Shown here piece by piece: positions 30,089-39,660 of a DNA stretch of 64,000 nucleotides. Made by a program: the position numbers and the translations under genes. Where the stretch lies: contig CAMJLE010000002.1 of the NCBI GenBank assembly GCA_946406665.1, positions 1,200 through 65,199 of the forward strand. The letters are read 5' to 3'. The stretch comes from an uncultured Candidatus Saccharibacteria bacterium (GTDB lineage Bacteria > Patescibacteriota > Saccharimonadia > Saccharimonadales > Saccharimonadaceae). The notes beneath the pieces are model-generated. The model did not search any database. It saw nothing but the letters and a program-made list of their open reading frames with translations, and was not told where the DNA came from. The stretch's first letter is position 1. Every line of letters begins with the position of its first letter.

Positions 30089-30520
30089 TTATATACCCGT
30101 ACTGCCGAATCCGCCACTGCGACCCGTCTTGGAGAGTTCGGAAACCTCTTCGAATTCCACTTGCTCATATTTCGTAACTACCCCCTGAGCGATGCGCATA
30201 CCTGGCTTAATCGTGAAAGCCTCGTCGCCGAAGTTTTTAAGTAGAACGCGTATCTCGTTTCGAAAATCCGAATCAATCACGCCAATACCATTCAAAAGAG
30301 ATATGTGATTCTTAAACGCGAGACCACTACGCGAAGATAGGCGGAGTTCGTATCCGTTGGGTATCTCGACCCCTATACCGGTGCCAAAATCCTTGATTTC
30401 GCCAGGTCGCATCGTATATGGCTTATCAATGTAGGCGCAAAGATCGAAACCGGCAGCGCCGGCGGTTTGGTAGCTAGGAATAACGACGTCGTTGTGAAGC
30501 TTCATGATTTTCATCTTCAT
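30089..30520 (-). CDS. dut: dUTP diphosphatase
   Basis: AAGFDL, RSGLA, GVIDSDFRNEI and GGFGSTG motifs. Confidence 0.9.
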   Translation of the reverse strand: MKMKIMKLHNDVVIPSYQTAGAAGFDLCAYIDKPYTMRPGEIKDFGTGIGVEIPNGYELRLSSRSGLAFKNHISLLNGIGVIDSDFRNEIRVLLKNFGDEAFTIKPGMRIAQGVVTKYEQVEFEEVSELSKTGRSGGFGSTGI

Positions 30521-30560
30521 ATGAGGATATTATATAGGATGTGATATAATAGCGCCTAGT

Positions 30561-30649
30561 GGAAGGATGGCCGAGCGGTTTAAGGCACCGGTCTTGAAAA
30601 CCGGCGTGGTTAATAGCCACCGTGAGTTCGAATCTCACTCCTTCCGCCA
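30561..30649 (+). tRNA. tRNA-Ser (anticodon TGA), CCA encoded
   Basis: GGAAGGA/TCCTTCC acceptor, anticodon loop CTTGAAA, long variable arm. Promoter TGATATAAT lies at 30542-50. Confidence 0.9.
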
Positions 30650-30668
30650 CGGACTGATTTTGAAACTA

Positions 30669-30842
30669 TTATTTTACTAAATATTCCCAACCTGGTTGCC
30701 AGGCTTTTATTTTTCTCCAGTCTTTTTCGATGGCCCCATTCCAAGAAATACCCTTCGTAATAACCTCGAGCGCTAGCTGTGACTTGTGCTCGGCATTATC
30801 CGTAGTAGTGCCATGCACGAAATAGATAATCTTGACTGCCAT
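30669..30842 (-). CDS. Possible 57-aa small protein (below ORF-track cutoff)
   Basis: My translation is MAVKIIYFVHGTTTDNAEHKSQLALEVITKGISWNGAIEKDWRKIKAWQPGWEYLVK. The N-terminus faintly resembles a histidine-phosphatase motif. Speculative. Confidence 0.25.
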   Translation of the reverse strand: MAVKIIYFVHGTTTDNAEHKSQLALEVITKGISWNGAIEKDWRKIKAWQPGWEYLVK

Positions 30843-30930
30843 TAATAATTCTCCATGGTTGTTAATCTATATCTTAACTATAACAGTTTTTTCTTGATAC
30901 TATTTCCATGGTAAAATTTAAATACTGATC

Positions 30931-32940
30931 ATGGCAAATAAAAAGTACAAAATACTAGAGATTGACCCGTGGCTAGAACCATATGAGGGTGATATTGATT
31001 TACGAATGCAACGTTACCGAGACACTTATCGTTCGTTAGTGGGAGACGGTAGTCTGGCGGGCTTTGCAAATGGATACATGTTTTTTGGACTCGCCAGGAC
31101 AAACACGGGCTGGGTCTATCGCGAGTGGGCGCCTGGCGCCGACGAAATGCATCTGATTGGCGACTTCAATAACTGGGATAGATTGGCACACCCCATGCAC
31201 CGTACCGAATCTGGTATTTGGGAAGTAAAGATCAAAGGGCGCAACAAAATCAAACATGGCCAGAAAATTAAAGTGCAGGTTACGCGTGGTGGCCGTAAGT
31301 TTGACCGTATTCCTCTATACATGAATCATGTCGTACAGGATAAGCTAACGCGTAGCTTCGTCGGCGAAGTGTGGGCGCCGGAAAAACCCTTCCGTTGGAC
31401 AGATAGCGGTTGGCGTGAGCGCAAAACAGATTCGTTAATGATTTATGAAGCGCATGTGGGGATGGCACAGGAGAAAGAGGCAATTGGAACTTACCGCGAA
31501 TTTGCAGACATTATTTTGCCGCGCATTGTAGATGAAGGCTATACGGCCGTACAACTAATGGCAATTCAAGAGCATCCGTATTATGCATCGTTCGGCTATC
31601 AGGTGTCGAATTTCTATGCCCCGTCGAGCTGGTATGGCGACCCAGATGATTTAAAATACCTAATAAATAAGGCTCATAAGCTTGGGTTGAAAGTATTGCT
31701 TGACGTAGTGCATTCGCACGCGATAAAAAATACGGCCGAAGGTATCAATATGTTCGATGGCACATTTAATCAGTTCTTCATGACAGGCGATGCCGGCGAT
31801 CATCCGGCTTGGGGAACGAAGCTCTTTAATTACGCGAAGCATGAGGTGATTCACTTCTTGCTGTCGAATTTAAAATATTGGGTAGACGAATACCATTTTG
31901 ATGGCTTCCGCTTCGATGGCGTAACGAGCATGTGCTATCACCACCATGGGCTCGGCGTTGATTTTACTGACTACAAGCAGTATTTCGATGTATTTACGAA
32001 CACTGACGCTATTACTTACTTACAACTCGCGAATGCGTTAATACACGAGATTAATCCCAATGCCATTACAATTGCCGAGGAGATGAGTGGTCTGCCAGGG
32101 ATGTGTATCCCAATCAAAGACGGTGGCATTGGTTTTGATTATCGTCTAGCAATGGGGATTCCCGACTACTGGATTAAGTCTCTCGAGAAGGAAAAAGACG
32201 AAGATCGAAATATGCACGCGATGTGGCACGAGCTAACAACGCGGCGCCCAGGCGAGAAAAGTATTGGCTATGCGGAATCGCATGATCAAGCACTCGTAGG
32301 AGACAAAACTCTAATCTTCCGAATGGCAGACGCCGAAATGTATAACGGGATGAATAAAGCTTATCACTCCCCCGTCATTGACCGCGCGATTGAGCTACAC
32401 AAGATGATTCGTTTTGCTACGCTGACGATGGCGTGTGAGGCATATCTCAATTTTATGGGCAATGAATTTGGACATCCGGAATGGATAGATTTTCCGCGCG
32501 AGGGTAACGGATGGAGCTTCAAATATGCGCGCCGACAGTGGTCGTTGGCGGACGATGGATTCTTGAAATACGAATGGTTGCTGAACTTCGACAAAGCCAT
32601 GATAGATTTCGCCAAGAAGAATAAGGTCGTCAAGCAGGGCCACGCAGAAAATCTCTGGCTAGACGAAAAATCGAAGATTATTGCTTTTGCCCGAGGCGAT
32701 TTGCTTTACGTTTTCAATTTTCACCCGAGCGAATCGGCGACCAAGTTCTTCCTGCATACGCATCCGACTGGCGCTGGTGAGTATAAAGCTATCTTTTCGA
32801 CGGACGATAAAGAATTCGGTGGCCAAGATCGCATCGACAAGAAATATGTTTATTCTACGATGAACGACAAGCGCGGACTAGGTTTTGAGATATATCTACC
32901 CTGCCGGACGGCGGTAGTCTTCCGCAAGAAAAGAAACTGA
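30931..32940 (+). CDS. glgB: 1,4-alpha-glucan branching enzyme (GH13, eukaryote-like type)
   Basis: 669 aa with GH13 catalytic regions (DVVHSH, GFRFDGVTSM, AEEMSG, YAESHD) and an N-terminal CBM48-like region. Confidence 0.85.
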   Translation: MANKKYKILEIDPWLEPYEGDIDLRMQRYRDTYRSLVGDGSLAGFANGYMFFGLARTNTGWVYREWAPGADEMHLIGDFNNWDRLAHPMHRTESGIWEVKIKGRNKIKHGQKIKVQVTRGGRKFDRIPLYMNHVVQDKLTRSFVGEVWAPEKPFRWTDSGWRERKTDSLMIYEAHVGMAQEKEAIGTYREFADIILPRIVDEGYTAVQLMAIQEHPYYASFGYQVSNFYAPSSWYGDPDDLKYLINKAHKLGLKVLLDVVHSHAIKNTAEGINMFDGTFNQFFMTGDAGDHPAWGTKLFNYAKHEVIHFLLSNLKYWVDEYHFDGFRFDGVTSMCYHHHGLGVDFTDYKQYFDVFTNTDAITYLQLANALIHEINPNAITIAEEMSGLPGMCIPIKDGGIGFDYRLAMGIPDYWIKSLEKEKDEDRNMHAMWHELTTRRPGEKSIGYAESHDQALVGDKTLIFRMADAEMYNGMNKAYHSPVIDRAIELHKMIRFATLTMACEAYLNFMGNEFGHPEWIDFPREGNGWSFKYARRQWSLADDGFLKYEWLLNFDKAMIDFAKKNKVVKQGHAENLWLDEKSKIIAFARGDLLYVFNFHPSESATKFFLHTHPTGAGEYKAIFSTDDKEFGGQDRIDKKYVYSTMNDKRGLGFEIYLPCRTAVVFRKKRN

Positions 32941-32983
32941 CCGCTCGGCCTCTTCGCGGCACAGTTAGCTGGGAGTAGCCAGC

Positions 32984-33015
32984 AAAAAACAGCCCCGGAC
33001 GGGGGGCTGTTTGTG
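32984..33015. terminator. Intrinsic terminator
   Basis: AAAAAACAGCCCCGGACGGGGGGCTGTTTGTG. Confidence 0.7.
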
Positions 33016-33016
33016 T

Positions 33017-33673
33017 CTATATTTCCGTGAAGTTATCCGGATTCGTGATTACTTTGCGTAGCAATCCGCCAGTCTGCGAAGCCGTAGGCATACTCTGCTC
33101 ATCGCAAACAGCATGCCACCCCATAAATACAAAGTCATAGTCGCCCTTTGAGAATGCGATATTTTCAGACACTCTCCCTTTTGGCAAACGGATGAGGCCG
33201 GCGCTATTGCAAGATGATGAATCAGTAGAGTCATACTTGCCAGCGTCTTGTGCGCTACGATAGGCCACAATTAATAGGTCGGACGTTCCTGCTGAGGCAT
33301 ACCAAGCCGCGTCATTACCAGTATCCTCGCGGGTGTTGTTGACTGTATATTTAACATCGTGGAGCCCATCTGGCAGTTTGAGCTTCAGCCCCCATTCGCT
33401 GATATAGATATATTCTTCCGCATTGACCTTCTTGGATGGGTTTTCAGGGGTGGTCGATGTACCAGTGTCGTCGCATTTAGCGCCCGTTTCCTCACCTGTG
33501 CCCTTAGCGGTTTGGCTATGCTCTTTCTCGCCCTGAGTACTTTGCGTCATTCCGTAAACGCCAAAGCCGACCCCGCAAGCAGCAATAATGATCGCGATGG
33601 CTGTGACGATTTTGAGTCCCACTCCGCTGCTCTGCTTATTTGGCACCTGAACTGGCGTTGAGTTTTGTTCCAT
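33017..33673 (-). CDS. Membrane-anchored hypothetical protein
   Basis: 218 aa with an N-terminal TM (GLKIVTAIAIIIAACGVGFGVYGM) and no known domain. Confidence 0.45.
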   Translation of the reverse strand: MEQNSTPVQVPNKQSSGVGLKIVTAIAIIIAACGVGFGVYGMTQSTQGEKEHSQTAKGTGEETGAKCDDTGTSTTPENPSKKVNAEEYIYISEWGLKLKLPDGLHDVKYTVNNTREDTGNDAAWYASAGTSDLLIVAYRSAQDAGKYDSTDSSSCNSAGLIRLPKGRVSENIAFSKGDYDFVFMGWHAVCDEQSMPTASQTGGLLRKVITNPDNFTEI

Positions 33674-33809
33674 CCTTTTTCCTTTCTCTACTTATGCTTT
33701 TATTTTATCACTCAGGCGACTCACTCGGGAAAAAATACGCCTTATGCGAAAAAGTGACAAGAGCGTCATCTTATGATATACTAATTTGAGTAAATACCTT
33801 TTCATAAGT

Positions 33810-33886
33810 GGCACCATAGCTCAGCTGGTTAGAGCGTAGGACTCATAAGCCTAAGGTCACTGGTTCGATCCCAGTTGGTGCTACCA
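33810..33886 (+). tRNA. tRNA with CAT anticodon (elongator Met or lysidine-modified Ile2)
   Basis: Anticodon loop CTCATAA, T-loop TTCGATC, CCA encoded. Promoter GTGACA-17-TATACT lies at 33753-81. Met and Ile2 cannot be told apart by eye. Confidence 0.85.
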
Positions 33887-33961
33887 TTGAAAAGGTATTT
33901 TGTTTTTAACAGCACGACACGACTTAGCGACCATGTTAGGCTATTATGCTAGAATAAGAAT

Positions 33962-34360
33962 ATGGATACAGAGACGAAAAAAGGTTTTACTGTTTTAGAG
34001 CTGATTGTTTGTATTATTTTTGTGGGGATTTTTGTAGTACTCTTCTTCTATCAGAAGATGAATGCGGATGCGATGGGGCGCGACGAAATGCGCAAGACAG
34101 CATTGAACGCCATGTTCTATTCGCTCGAGGAGGGCTATTACGAGAAGAATGGCGGTTACCCGGAAAAAATCAGCAACGCCGAAGTGTTGCCATGGATGGA
34201 TCCAAATCTCTTTACCGACCCATACGGAACACCGCTGTGGGATGACGGTAGCAATTATAGCTACGAAGGCAAAAATTGCGAAGACGGAAAATGTAAGTCA
34301 TACGAGCTTCGTTCGACGATGGAACGAGAAGAGGACTTCAAGAAAACAAGTCGGAATTAA
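33962..34360 (+). CDS. Type IV pilin (PilA-like), prepilin-type N-terminus
   Basis: MDTETKKG|FTVLELIVCIIFVGIFVVLFF, 132 aa, with C-terminal Cys residues. Confidence 0.7.
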   Translation: MDTETKKGFTVLELIVCIIFVGIFVVLFFYQKMNADAMGRDEMRKTALNAMFYSLEEGYYEKNGGYPEKISNAEVLPWMDPNLFTDPYGTPLWDDGSNYSYEGKNCEDGKCKSYELRSTMEREEDFKKTSRN

Positions 34361-34386
34361 AATATCCCCTTTGGGGGATATTTTTA
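34361..34386. terminator. Bidirectional intrinsic terminator
   Basis: AAATATCCCCTTTGGGGGATATTTTT. Confidence 0.7.
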
Positions 34387-35010
34387 GTCCTCGTCGCCGT
34401 CGTGCTTATTGCGTTTTTTGTTTTCGTATACGAGATGAGAAATGATCGTGACCTCATCGCGAGGCGTATCTAGAAACCTGAAAGTATAAGTAGTCTCATC
34501 GCCGACAGTAGACATGCGTAAGATGCCAATCTGAAAAAGATGATCCAGCAGGGTTTCTTGGCGGAAGGAAACGTCCTCGATACGACGGAGCTCGATTATA
34601 TTGGTGGAGTTCGCAAAGAGTGAGACGCGAGATTTTTGAATAGCACGACGGTTTGTGATATACATCTCATTTGCTTTATAGATGCTCTGCCCCACAACGC
34701 CGCCGGCAATAATAATGGCATAAAGCGCAAAAATAGCAATGCGCAAATAGCCTAACGCATCATCGTTGATTGTTAATAGTGTTTGATTATTCTTTAGGTT
34801 GTTAGCAATCATGATTAACGCGAAGCTCAAAACAACGATGCAGAATGCAACCATACACCAGATCGCAATGAGTCCAATACGCGAACGTACCAGGTGGAGC
34901 ACGACATGCTCGTCTGGCTCAAGTTTGATTTCTGGGTAGTCTTTTTCGCTGCGCGCGTGTTTAACTTGCGCTAGTTCGTCTTTCATGTTTTGATTATACC
35001 ACATCCTCAC
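34384..35010 (-). CDS. Membrane protein with bacterial PH (YdbS/YdbT-like) domain
   Basis: 208 aa. Two TMs are followed by a PH-like region. Assignment from memory. Confidence 0.4.
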   Translation of the reverse strand: MRMWYNQNMKDELAQVKHARSEKDYPEIKLEPDEHVVLHLVRSRIGLIAIWCMVAFCIVVLSFALIMIANNLKNNQTLLTINDDALGYLRIAIFALYAIIIAGGVVGQSIYKANEMYITNRRAIQKSRVSLFANSTNIIELRRIEDVSFRQETLLDHLFQIGILRMSTVGDETTYTFRFLDTPRDEVTIISHLVYENKKRNKHDGDED

Positions 35011-35086
35011 CTAAGGTGCTATATTTAACTTTGACATACTTAGTCTTAAATGGTATAATTGCCGCGTATACAGGAATACAAAATCT

Positions 35087-35599
35087 ATGCCAGAAAAAAT
35101 AGTAATAGGTCGTGAAACTCGAGTCGATTTCGGGAAGTACGCAATTGGCGTGCCGGCTAAGGTCGATACGGGTGCAGACGGATCCGCAATTTGGGCGAGT
35201 GATATTCGCATAGACAAGGAAGGGCGGCTTCGCTTCAAGCTTTTTGATGAAACTTCGCCATATTATACCGGCAAGGTAATGAAGCGCACGGAATATAAAG
35301 TAGCGCAAGTCAAAAGCGCATCTGGAAATATATCATTGAAATTTCAAGCATACATTACGGTCAAGATTTGCGGAAAACGCGTAAAGGCCCTGTTTGGGCT
35401 ATGCGATCGCTCAACGCATGCATACCCAGTACTGATCGGACGCCGAACGCTGCATGGAAGATTTATCGTAGACGTAACTAAGAATGAAGGCATATATACT
35501 CCAAAAAATATGATGACCCTGAATTTGCGCCAGCAATTAGCCGAAAATCCGCGTGATTTTTATAAAAACGTATACCTAAGAGGAGAAGTCACACAATGA
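35087..35599 (+). CDS. RimK-associated retropepsin-like/ATP-dependent zinc protease family protein
   Basis: AKVDTGADGSAIWA motif. ATGA overlap with rimK. Confidence 0.6.
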   Translation: MPEKIVIGRETRVDFGKYAIGVPAKVDTGADGSAIWASDIRIDKEGRLRFKLFDETSPYYTGKVMKRTEYKVAQVKSASGNISLKFQAYITVKICGKRVKALFGLCDRSTHAYPVLIGRRTLHGRFIVDVTKNEGIYTPKNMMTLNLRQQLAENPRDFYKNVYLRGEVTQ

Positions 35600-36507
35600 A
35601 AATTGCAATTCTTTCAAACGGAAATGGAAATTATTCTACCAAACGCTTAGTCGAAGAAGCCGAAAAGCGTGGCCATAAAGTTAAGGTCATTAAATATAAA
35701 TACTGTTATATAACCATCGAACAAGGCAGCAACCAAGTCTATTACAAAGGTAAGCCATTGCGCCACTACGACGCAGTGATTCCACGCGTGGCGTCGCATA
35801 TGACAAAATATGGTACAGCAATCGTGCGCCAGCTTGAGATGCAGGGCGAGTATTGCGTATCGAAGTCATTAGCCATCACGCGCGCACGCGATAAGCTGCG
35901 CTCAATGCAGTTATTGGCAAAGTATGGCATCGATGTGCCGAAAACCGTCGTGTCTCGCGATTCGGGCGATATAGATCAGCTCCTAGAGCAGTTGGGTGGC
36001 GCTCCTGTAATTATTAAGTTAGCAAGTGGCACGCACGGCAACGGTGTAGTCTTGGCAGAAACCAAGAAAGCCGCAAAATCTACGCTCCAGGCTTTCTACC
36101 TCTCTAACGATCAGGGTACAAACATTTTGTTACAGGAATTTATTGAGGAGTCGGCCGGAACAGATATTCGTGCTTTCGTGGTTGGCGGAAAAGTAGTTGC
36201 AAGCATGAAACGCCAAAGTCTTGATGATGATTTCCGTTCTAATTTGCACAAGGGTGGTAGCGGAACGATTATTAAGCTAACTCCAGAAGAAGAGAAAGTC
36301 GCCGTTAGGGCAGCAAAGGTAATGGGCCTGAGCATCGCAGGTGTCGACATCATGCGTTCGAAGCGCGGTCCGCTCGTTCTCGAAGTGAACGCCTCGCCAG
36401 GATTCGGTATAGAAAAGGTGACTGGTCGCAACGTAGCTGGGAAGATTATTGAATATGTCGAGCGAAACGCTACTCGAACCATTAGAAAAGATCGTATAGG
36501 AGCTTAA
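35596..36507 (+). CDS. rimK: ATP-grasp ribosomal protein S6 glutamate ligase RimK family
   Basis: 303-aa ATP-grasp fold (MKIAILS...,GGAPVIIKL..GTHGNGV, EVNASPG). Confidence 0.85.
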   Translation: MKIAILSNGNGNYSTKRLVEEAEKRGHKVKVIKYKYCYITIEQGSNQVYYKGKPLRHYDAVIPRVASHMTKYGTAIVRQLEMQGEYCVSKSLAITRARDKLRSMQLLAKYGIDVPKTVVSRDSGDIDQLLEQLGGAPVIIKLASGTHGNGVVLAETKKAAKSTLQAFYLSNDQGTNILLQEFIEESAGTDIRAFVVGGKVVASMKRQSLDDDFRSNLHKGGSGTIIKLTPEEEKVAVRAAKVMGLSIAGVDIMRSKRGPLVLEVNASPGFGIEKVTGRNVAGKIIEYVERNATRTIRKDRIGA

Positions 36508-36518
36508 GGGCTCACACC

Positions 36519-36553
36519 AAAAAATCAAGGCGCTCATCAGCCTTGATTTTTTA
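36519..36553 (+). terminator. Intrinsic terminator
   Basis: ATCAAGG..CCTTGAT hairpin followed by TTTTTT. Confidence 0.7.
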
Positions 36554-36574
36554 TGCTAGAATAGTAAATAGCTT

Positions 36575-37033
36575 ATGGTATTAATAGTCGTCTTTGCAGC
36601 ATTGCTTCTCTGTTTCCTGTTGGTACGCCATCACGTTGGAGTGCCGTTCTTGGCAATGATTGCGGGGCTGGCGGTGTACGAATACTTTGGTGCCGGATTT
36701 GCGAATGCAATAAGCAATATTATAACGGCGATTCCTGTCAACATTGCAGATACTGGTCTATACGTGTTATTCGTGGCGCTTGCGCCGATAGTGCTCTACT
36801 TTAGAGCAGGACGAAGCGGTTTATTTGGGACGTTGCGCGCAATTGAGTCCATCGTGTTTGCCGCCATGCTTACGATTTTGCTATCAGCGCCACTGATTTC
36901 ATTGTTTAATTTCGACACGCTGTCTGCTGATATAGCGGGCTACATCGCTGGCGCAAAAAGTATTATCATGGCTATAGGAATTATCTTTGCGTACGTAGAC
37001 GCATTTCTCTATCGCTCTGGGCGGCTTTACTAA
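36575..37033 (+). CDS. Hypothetical polytopic membrane protein
   Basis: 152 aa, about 4 TMs. Confidence 0.45.
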   Translation: MVLIVVFAALLLCFLLVRHHVGVPFLAMIAGLAVYEYFGAGFANAISNIITAIPVNIADTGLYVLFVALAPIVLYFRAGRSGLFGTLRAIESIVFAAMLTILLSAPLISLFNFDTLSADIAGYIAGAKSIIMAIGIIFAYVDAFLYRSGRLY

Positions 37034-37511
37034 TTTCCCACATTGCAATGCCGGCAGCTACAGATACATTGAAGGATTCTTTCTTGCCACGCATTGGTAT
37101 CTCAATTAGCTCGTCGCACTCGGCTAACACCTCTTTTGGAATGCCATGCACCTCCTCGCCGAGGACGAGTGCGGTTTGCTCTGGATATTCATTGATGCTC
37201 GTAATGTCTAGCGACGGTCGCTCTATGCCCTGCTCGAGGGCGTAGATTTTGTATCCTTGATTGCGCAGTTTTGCAAAAGCCGCCAAGATGTCGTCTTGAC
37301 GCTCCCACGAAACGAGCTCTTCGGCGCCAAGTGCTGTTTTATGGATTTGCTTGCGCAACTTTTCTTGCTCATGCGGAAGACCCTTATCTAAAAATGGCGT
37401 GTAGCCCGAAAAAAATACACCGTCTATGCCGAGGCATTCGCACGTACGCAGAATAGCTCCAACATTGTAGGTGGACCGGATATTATACAGGATAACAATA
37501 AGCGATTTCAT
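36981..37511 (-). CDS. SpoU/TrmH-family RNA 2'-O-methyltransferase
   Basis: NIRSTYNVGAILRTCE, LVLGEEVHGI, ESFNVSVAAGIAMWE. Confidence 0.75.
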   Translation of the reverse strand: MKSLIVILYNIRSTYNVGAILRTCECLGIDGVFFSGYTPFLDKGLPHEQEKLRKQIHKTALGAEELVSWERQDDILAAFAKLRNQGYKIYALEQGIERPSLDITSINEYPEQTALVLGEEVHGIPKEVLAECDELIEIPMRGKKESFNVSVAAGIAMWEISKAAQSDREMRLRTQR

Positions 37512-37525
37512 GCTACAATTAGATT

Positions 37526-39136
37526 ATGAATGAGGAAGAAGTTCAAATCAAGCGTAGGCAAAATGAGGAGGATGCGACCGTCCGCCACGCAAGAATTATC
37601 GGATTGCCATATCTAGACACTCGCAATTTCGAACGAGACGAGGGGTTGATTCGCGACGTTCTTACCAAAGAAGAGATGCATAAGAACTTCATTATTCCTC
37701 GACAGGTCGGAGAAGGTAGCAAACCGTACGAGTTCATGGTTACAAGCCAGACTCCTCGTAGTGTGATTGAGTCTCTACAGAAGAAGTACGACGAGGAAGG
37801 TATGCGCGTTGAGTTTTATTTAATCTCAAATTCGGCATACCAAATTTACATGTTGCGGCACGACCCGCCACAAGAAGCGCACTATGATGATATCGAGATT
37901 GCATCCGAGGGCGACTCCGAGACTATTCAGCAGGTTTCGCGTACGCTCAATAGCGTAGCGACCGATAAGGTATTCGATTACCTGCTAGACCAGGCCGATA
38001 GGCTCGGTGCTTCAGATATACATATCGAGAACTTGCGCCACGTTATCCGAATCAGGATGCGCGTCGATGGCATACTGCACCCAGTCGCCGAGATTAATCG
38101 CGACCGTTACCGCATCTTTATGGGCGAGCTAAGTTCGCGAGCGAGCGTTTCGACGGCTTCAATGCGACCGCAATCGGGACATATGCAAAAAGACATTACG
38201 CGCGACGGCGCAACGCATTTGCTGAATATTCGCGTCGAGACAGTGCCAACAATGTACGGCCAAGATGCAGTACTTCGTCTCTTTAACTTTGACGAAAGCT
38301 TGTTGAATTTGGATTTGTTAGGCATTACTCCAGAAGAGCGCGCACAAATTGACGAAGTGATATCACATCCGCGCGGCCTGCTTTTGATGGTCGGTCCGAC
38401 CGGTTCTGGTAAATCTACGACTCTATACTCGATTATTAACGCCTTGAATACGACCGAACGCAAGATTATCACACTAGAGGACCCGATTGAGTATGGTCTT
38501 ACTGGCATTTCGCAAATTCCAATTATGACCAATCAGGGTGGCTCATTTGCCGAGGGACTACGCTCCGTGTTGCGTCTCGACCCAGACGTAGTGATGGTTG
38601 GTGAGATTCGCGATCAGGATACTGCACGTACGGCAATACAGGCGTCCATTACGGGGCACTTAGTACTTTCATCCTTCCATGCCAATTCTTCGTCGGCCGC
38701 TTTCTCGCGCATGATTGACATGATTGGCGTGAACCCCGTCTTCTCTTCATCGGTACGGTTAGTGATAGCGCAGAGACTATTGCGCAAATTGGACGAGAAC
38801 AAGGAAGCATACAAGCCAGATGTACAAACGGTGAAATACATCAAAGATGTAATGAGCAATGTCGAGCTAACTGATTACAATATGGATGATATTACACTTT
38901 GGCGCCCAAAGCCGAGCCAGGAGCATCCATTTGGCTATAGCGGGCGTACGGCAATTATGGAGCAGCTCATCGTGGACGAGTCTATTCAAAGATTTATCCG
39001 CGGCGAGATGATGCCGGATACGAACCTGATTGAACAAACCGCAAGGCAAGGCGGCATGCTTACATTACAACAAAAAGGCATCATGGCGGCACTGCGCGGT
39101 GATACTACGATAGAAGAAGTAGCACGCGTGATTTAA
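37526..39136 (+). CDS. pilB: Type IV pilus assembly ATPase PilB/GspE family
   Basis: Walker A GPTGSGKST, Asp box, Walker B and His box, 536 aa. Confidence 0.85.
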   Translation: MNEEEVQIKRRQNEEDATVRHARIIGLPYLDTRNFERDEGLIRDVLTKEEMHKNFIIPRQVGEGSKPYEFMVTSQTPRSVIESLQKKYDEEGMRVEFYLISNSAYQIYMLRHDPPQEAHYDDIEIASEGDSETIQQVSRTLNSVATDKVFDYLLDQADRLGASDIHIENLRHVIRIRMRVDGILHPVAEINRDRYRIFMGELSSRASVSTASMRPQSGHMQKDITRDGATHLLNIRVETVPTMYGQDAVLRLFNFDESLLNLDLLGITPEERAQIDEVISHPRGLLLMVGPTGSGKSTTLYSIINALNTTERKIITLEDPIEYGLTGISQIPIMTNQGGSFAEGLRSVLRLDPDVVMVGEIRDQDTARTAIQASITGHLVLSSFHANSSSAAFSRMIDMIGVNPVFSSSVRLVIAQRLLRKLDENKEAYKPDVQTVKYIKDVMSNVELTDYNMDDITLWRPKPSQEHPFGYSGRTAIMEQLIVDESIQRFIRGEMMPDTNLIEQTARQGGMLTLQQKGIMAALRGDTTIEEVARVI

Positions 39137-39212
39137 CTCTCTTATATACCCTTTTCAAATTGGCAAAAATATGCTAAAATGAGACAAGTTTTTAAATATA
39201 AAAGGTAAAATC

Positions 39213-39659
39213 ATGTCATTTGAACTATTAAAGTTGGTGGGAGATGCCCAAAAGAAGAAGGCCGTCATTGACGTCCGCCCTGGCGATACCGTCCGTGTGT
39301 CCCAAAAGATTAAGGAAGGTGACAAGTTCCGTATTCAGGTTTTTGAAGGTACGGTAATTCGTGTTGACCGCAAACAATCCCATACAGAGCGCATTGTCGT
39401 ACGCAAGGTTGCTTCTGGTGTTGGCGTCGAGAAAAGCTTCTTGATGCACAGCCCACTCGTAGAGAAGGTAGAGATCGTTCGTCGTGGCAAAGTTCGCCGC
39501 AACAACTTGCGCTATCTCCGCGAGCGTTCTGGTAAGTCCGCACGTCTTGCTCAGAAAGATTTTGATCGTCATGCAGTGAATACGCTTCCGGAAGAAGAGG
39601 TTGCAGAAGAAGCCCCAGCCGAGGAAGTCAAAGAAGCCGAAACGGCAGAAGCTGCCTAA
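39213..39659 (+). CDS. rplS: 50S ribosomal protein L19 with acidic C-terminal tail
   Basis: RPGDTVRV...RIQVFEGTVI...RRGKVRRNNLRYLR. The tail is EEEVAEEAPAEEVKEAETAEAA. Confidence 0.95.
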   Translation: MSFELLKLVGDAQKKKAVIDVRPGDTVRVSQKIKEGDKFRIQVFEGTVIRVDRKQSHTERIVVRKVASGVGVEKSFLMHSPLVEKVEIVRRGKVRRNNLRYLRERSGKSARLAQKDFDRHAVNTLPEEEVAEEAPAEEVKEAETAEAA

Positions 39660-39660
39660 A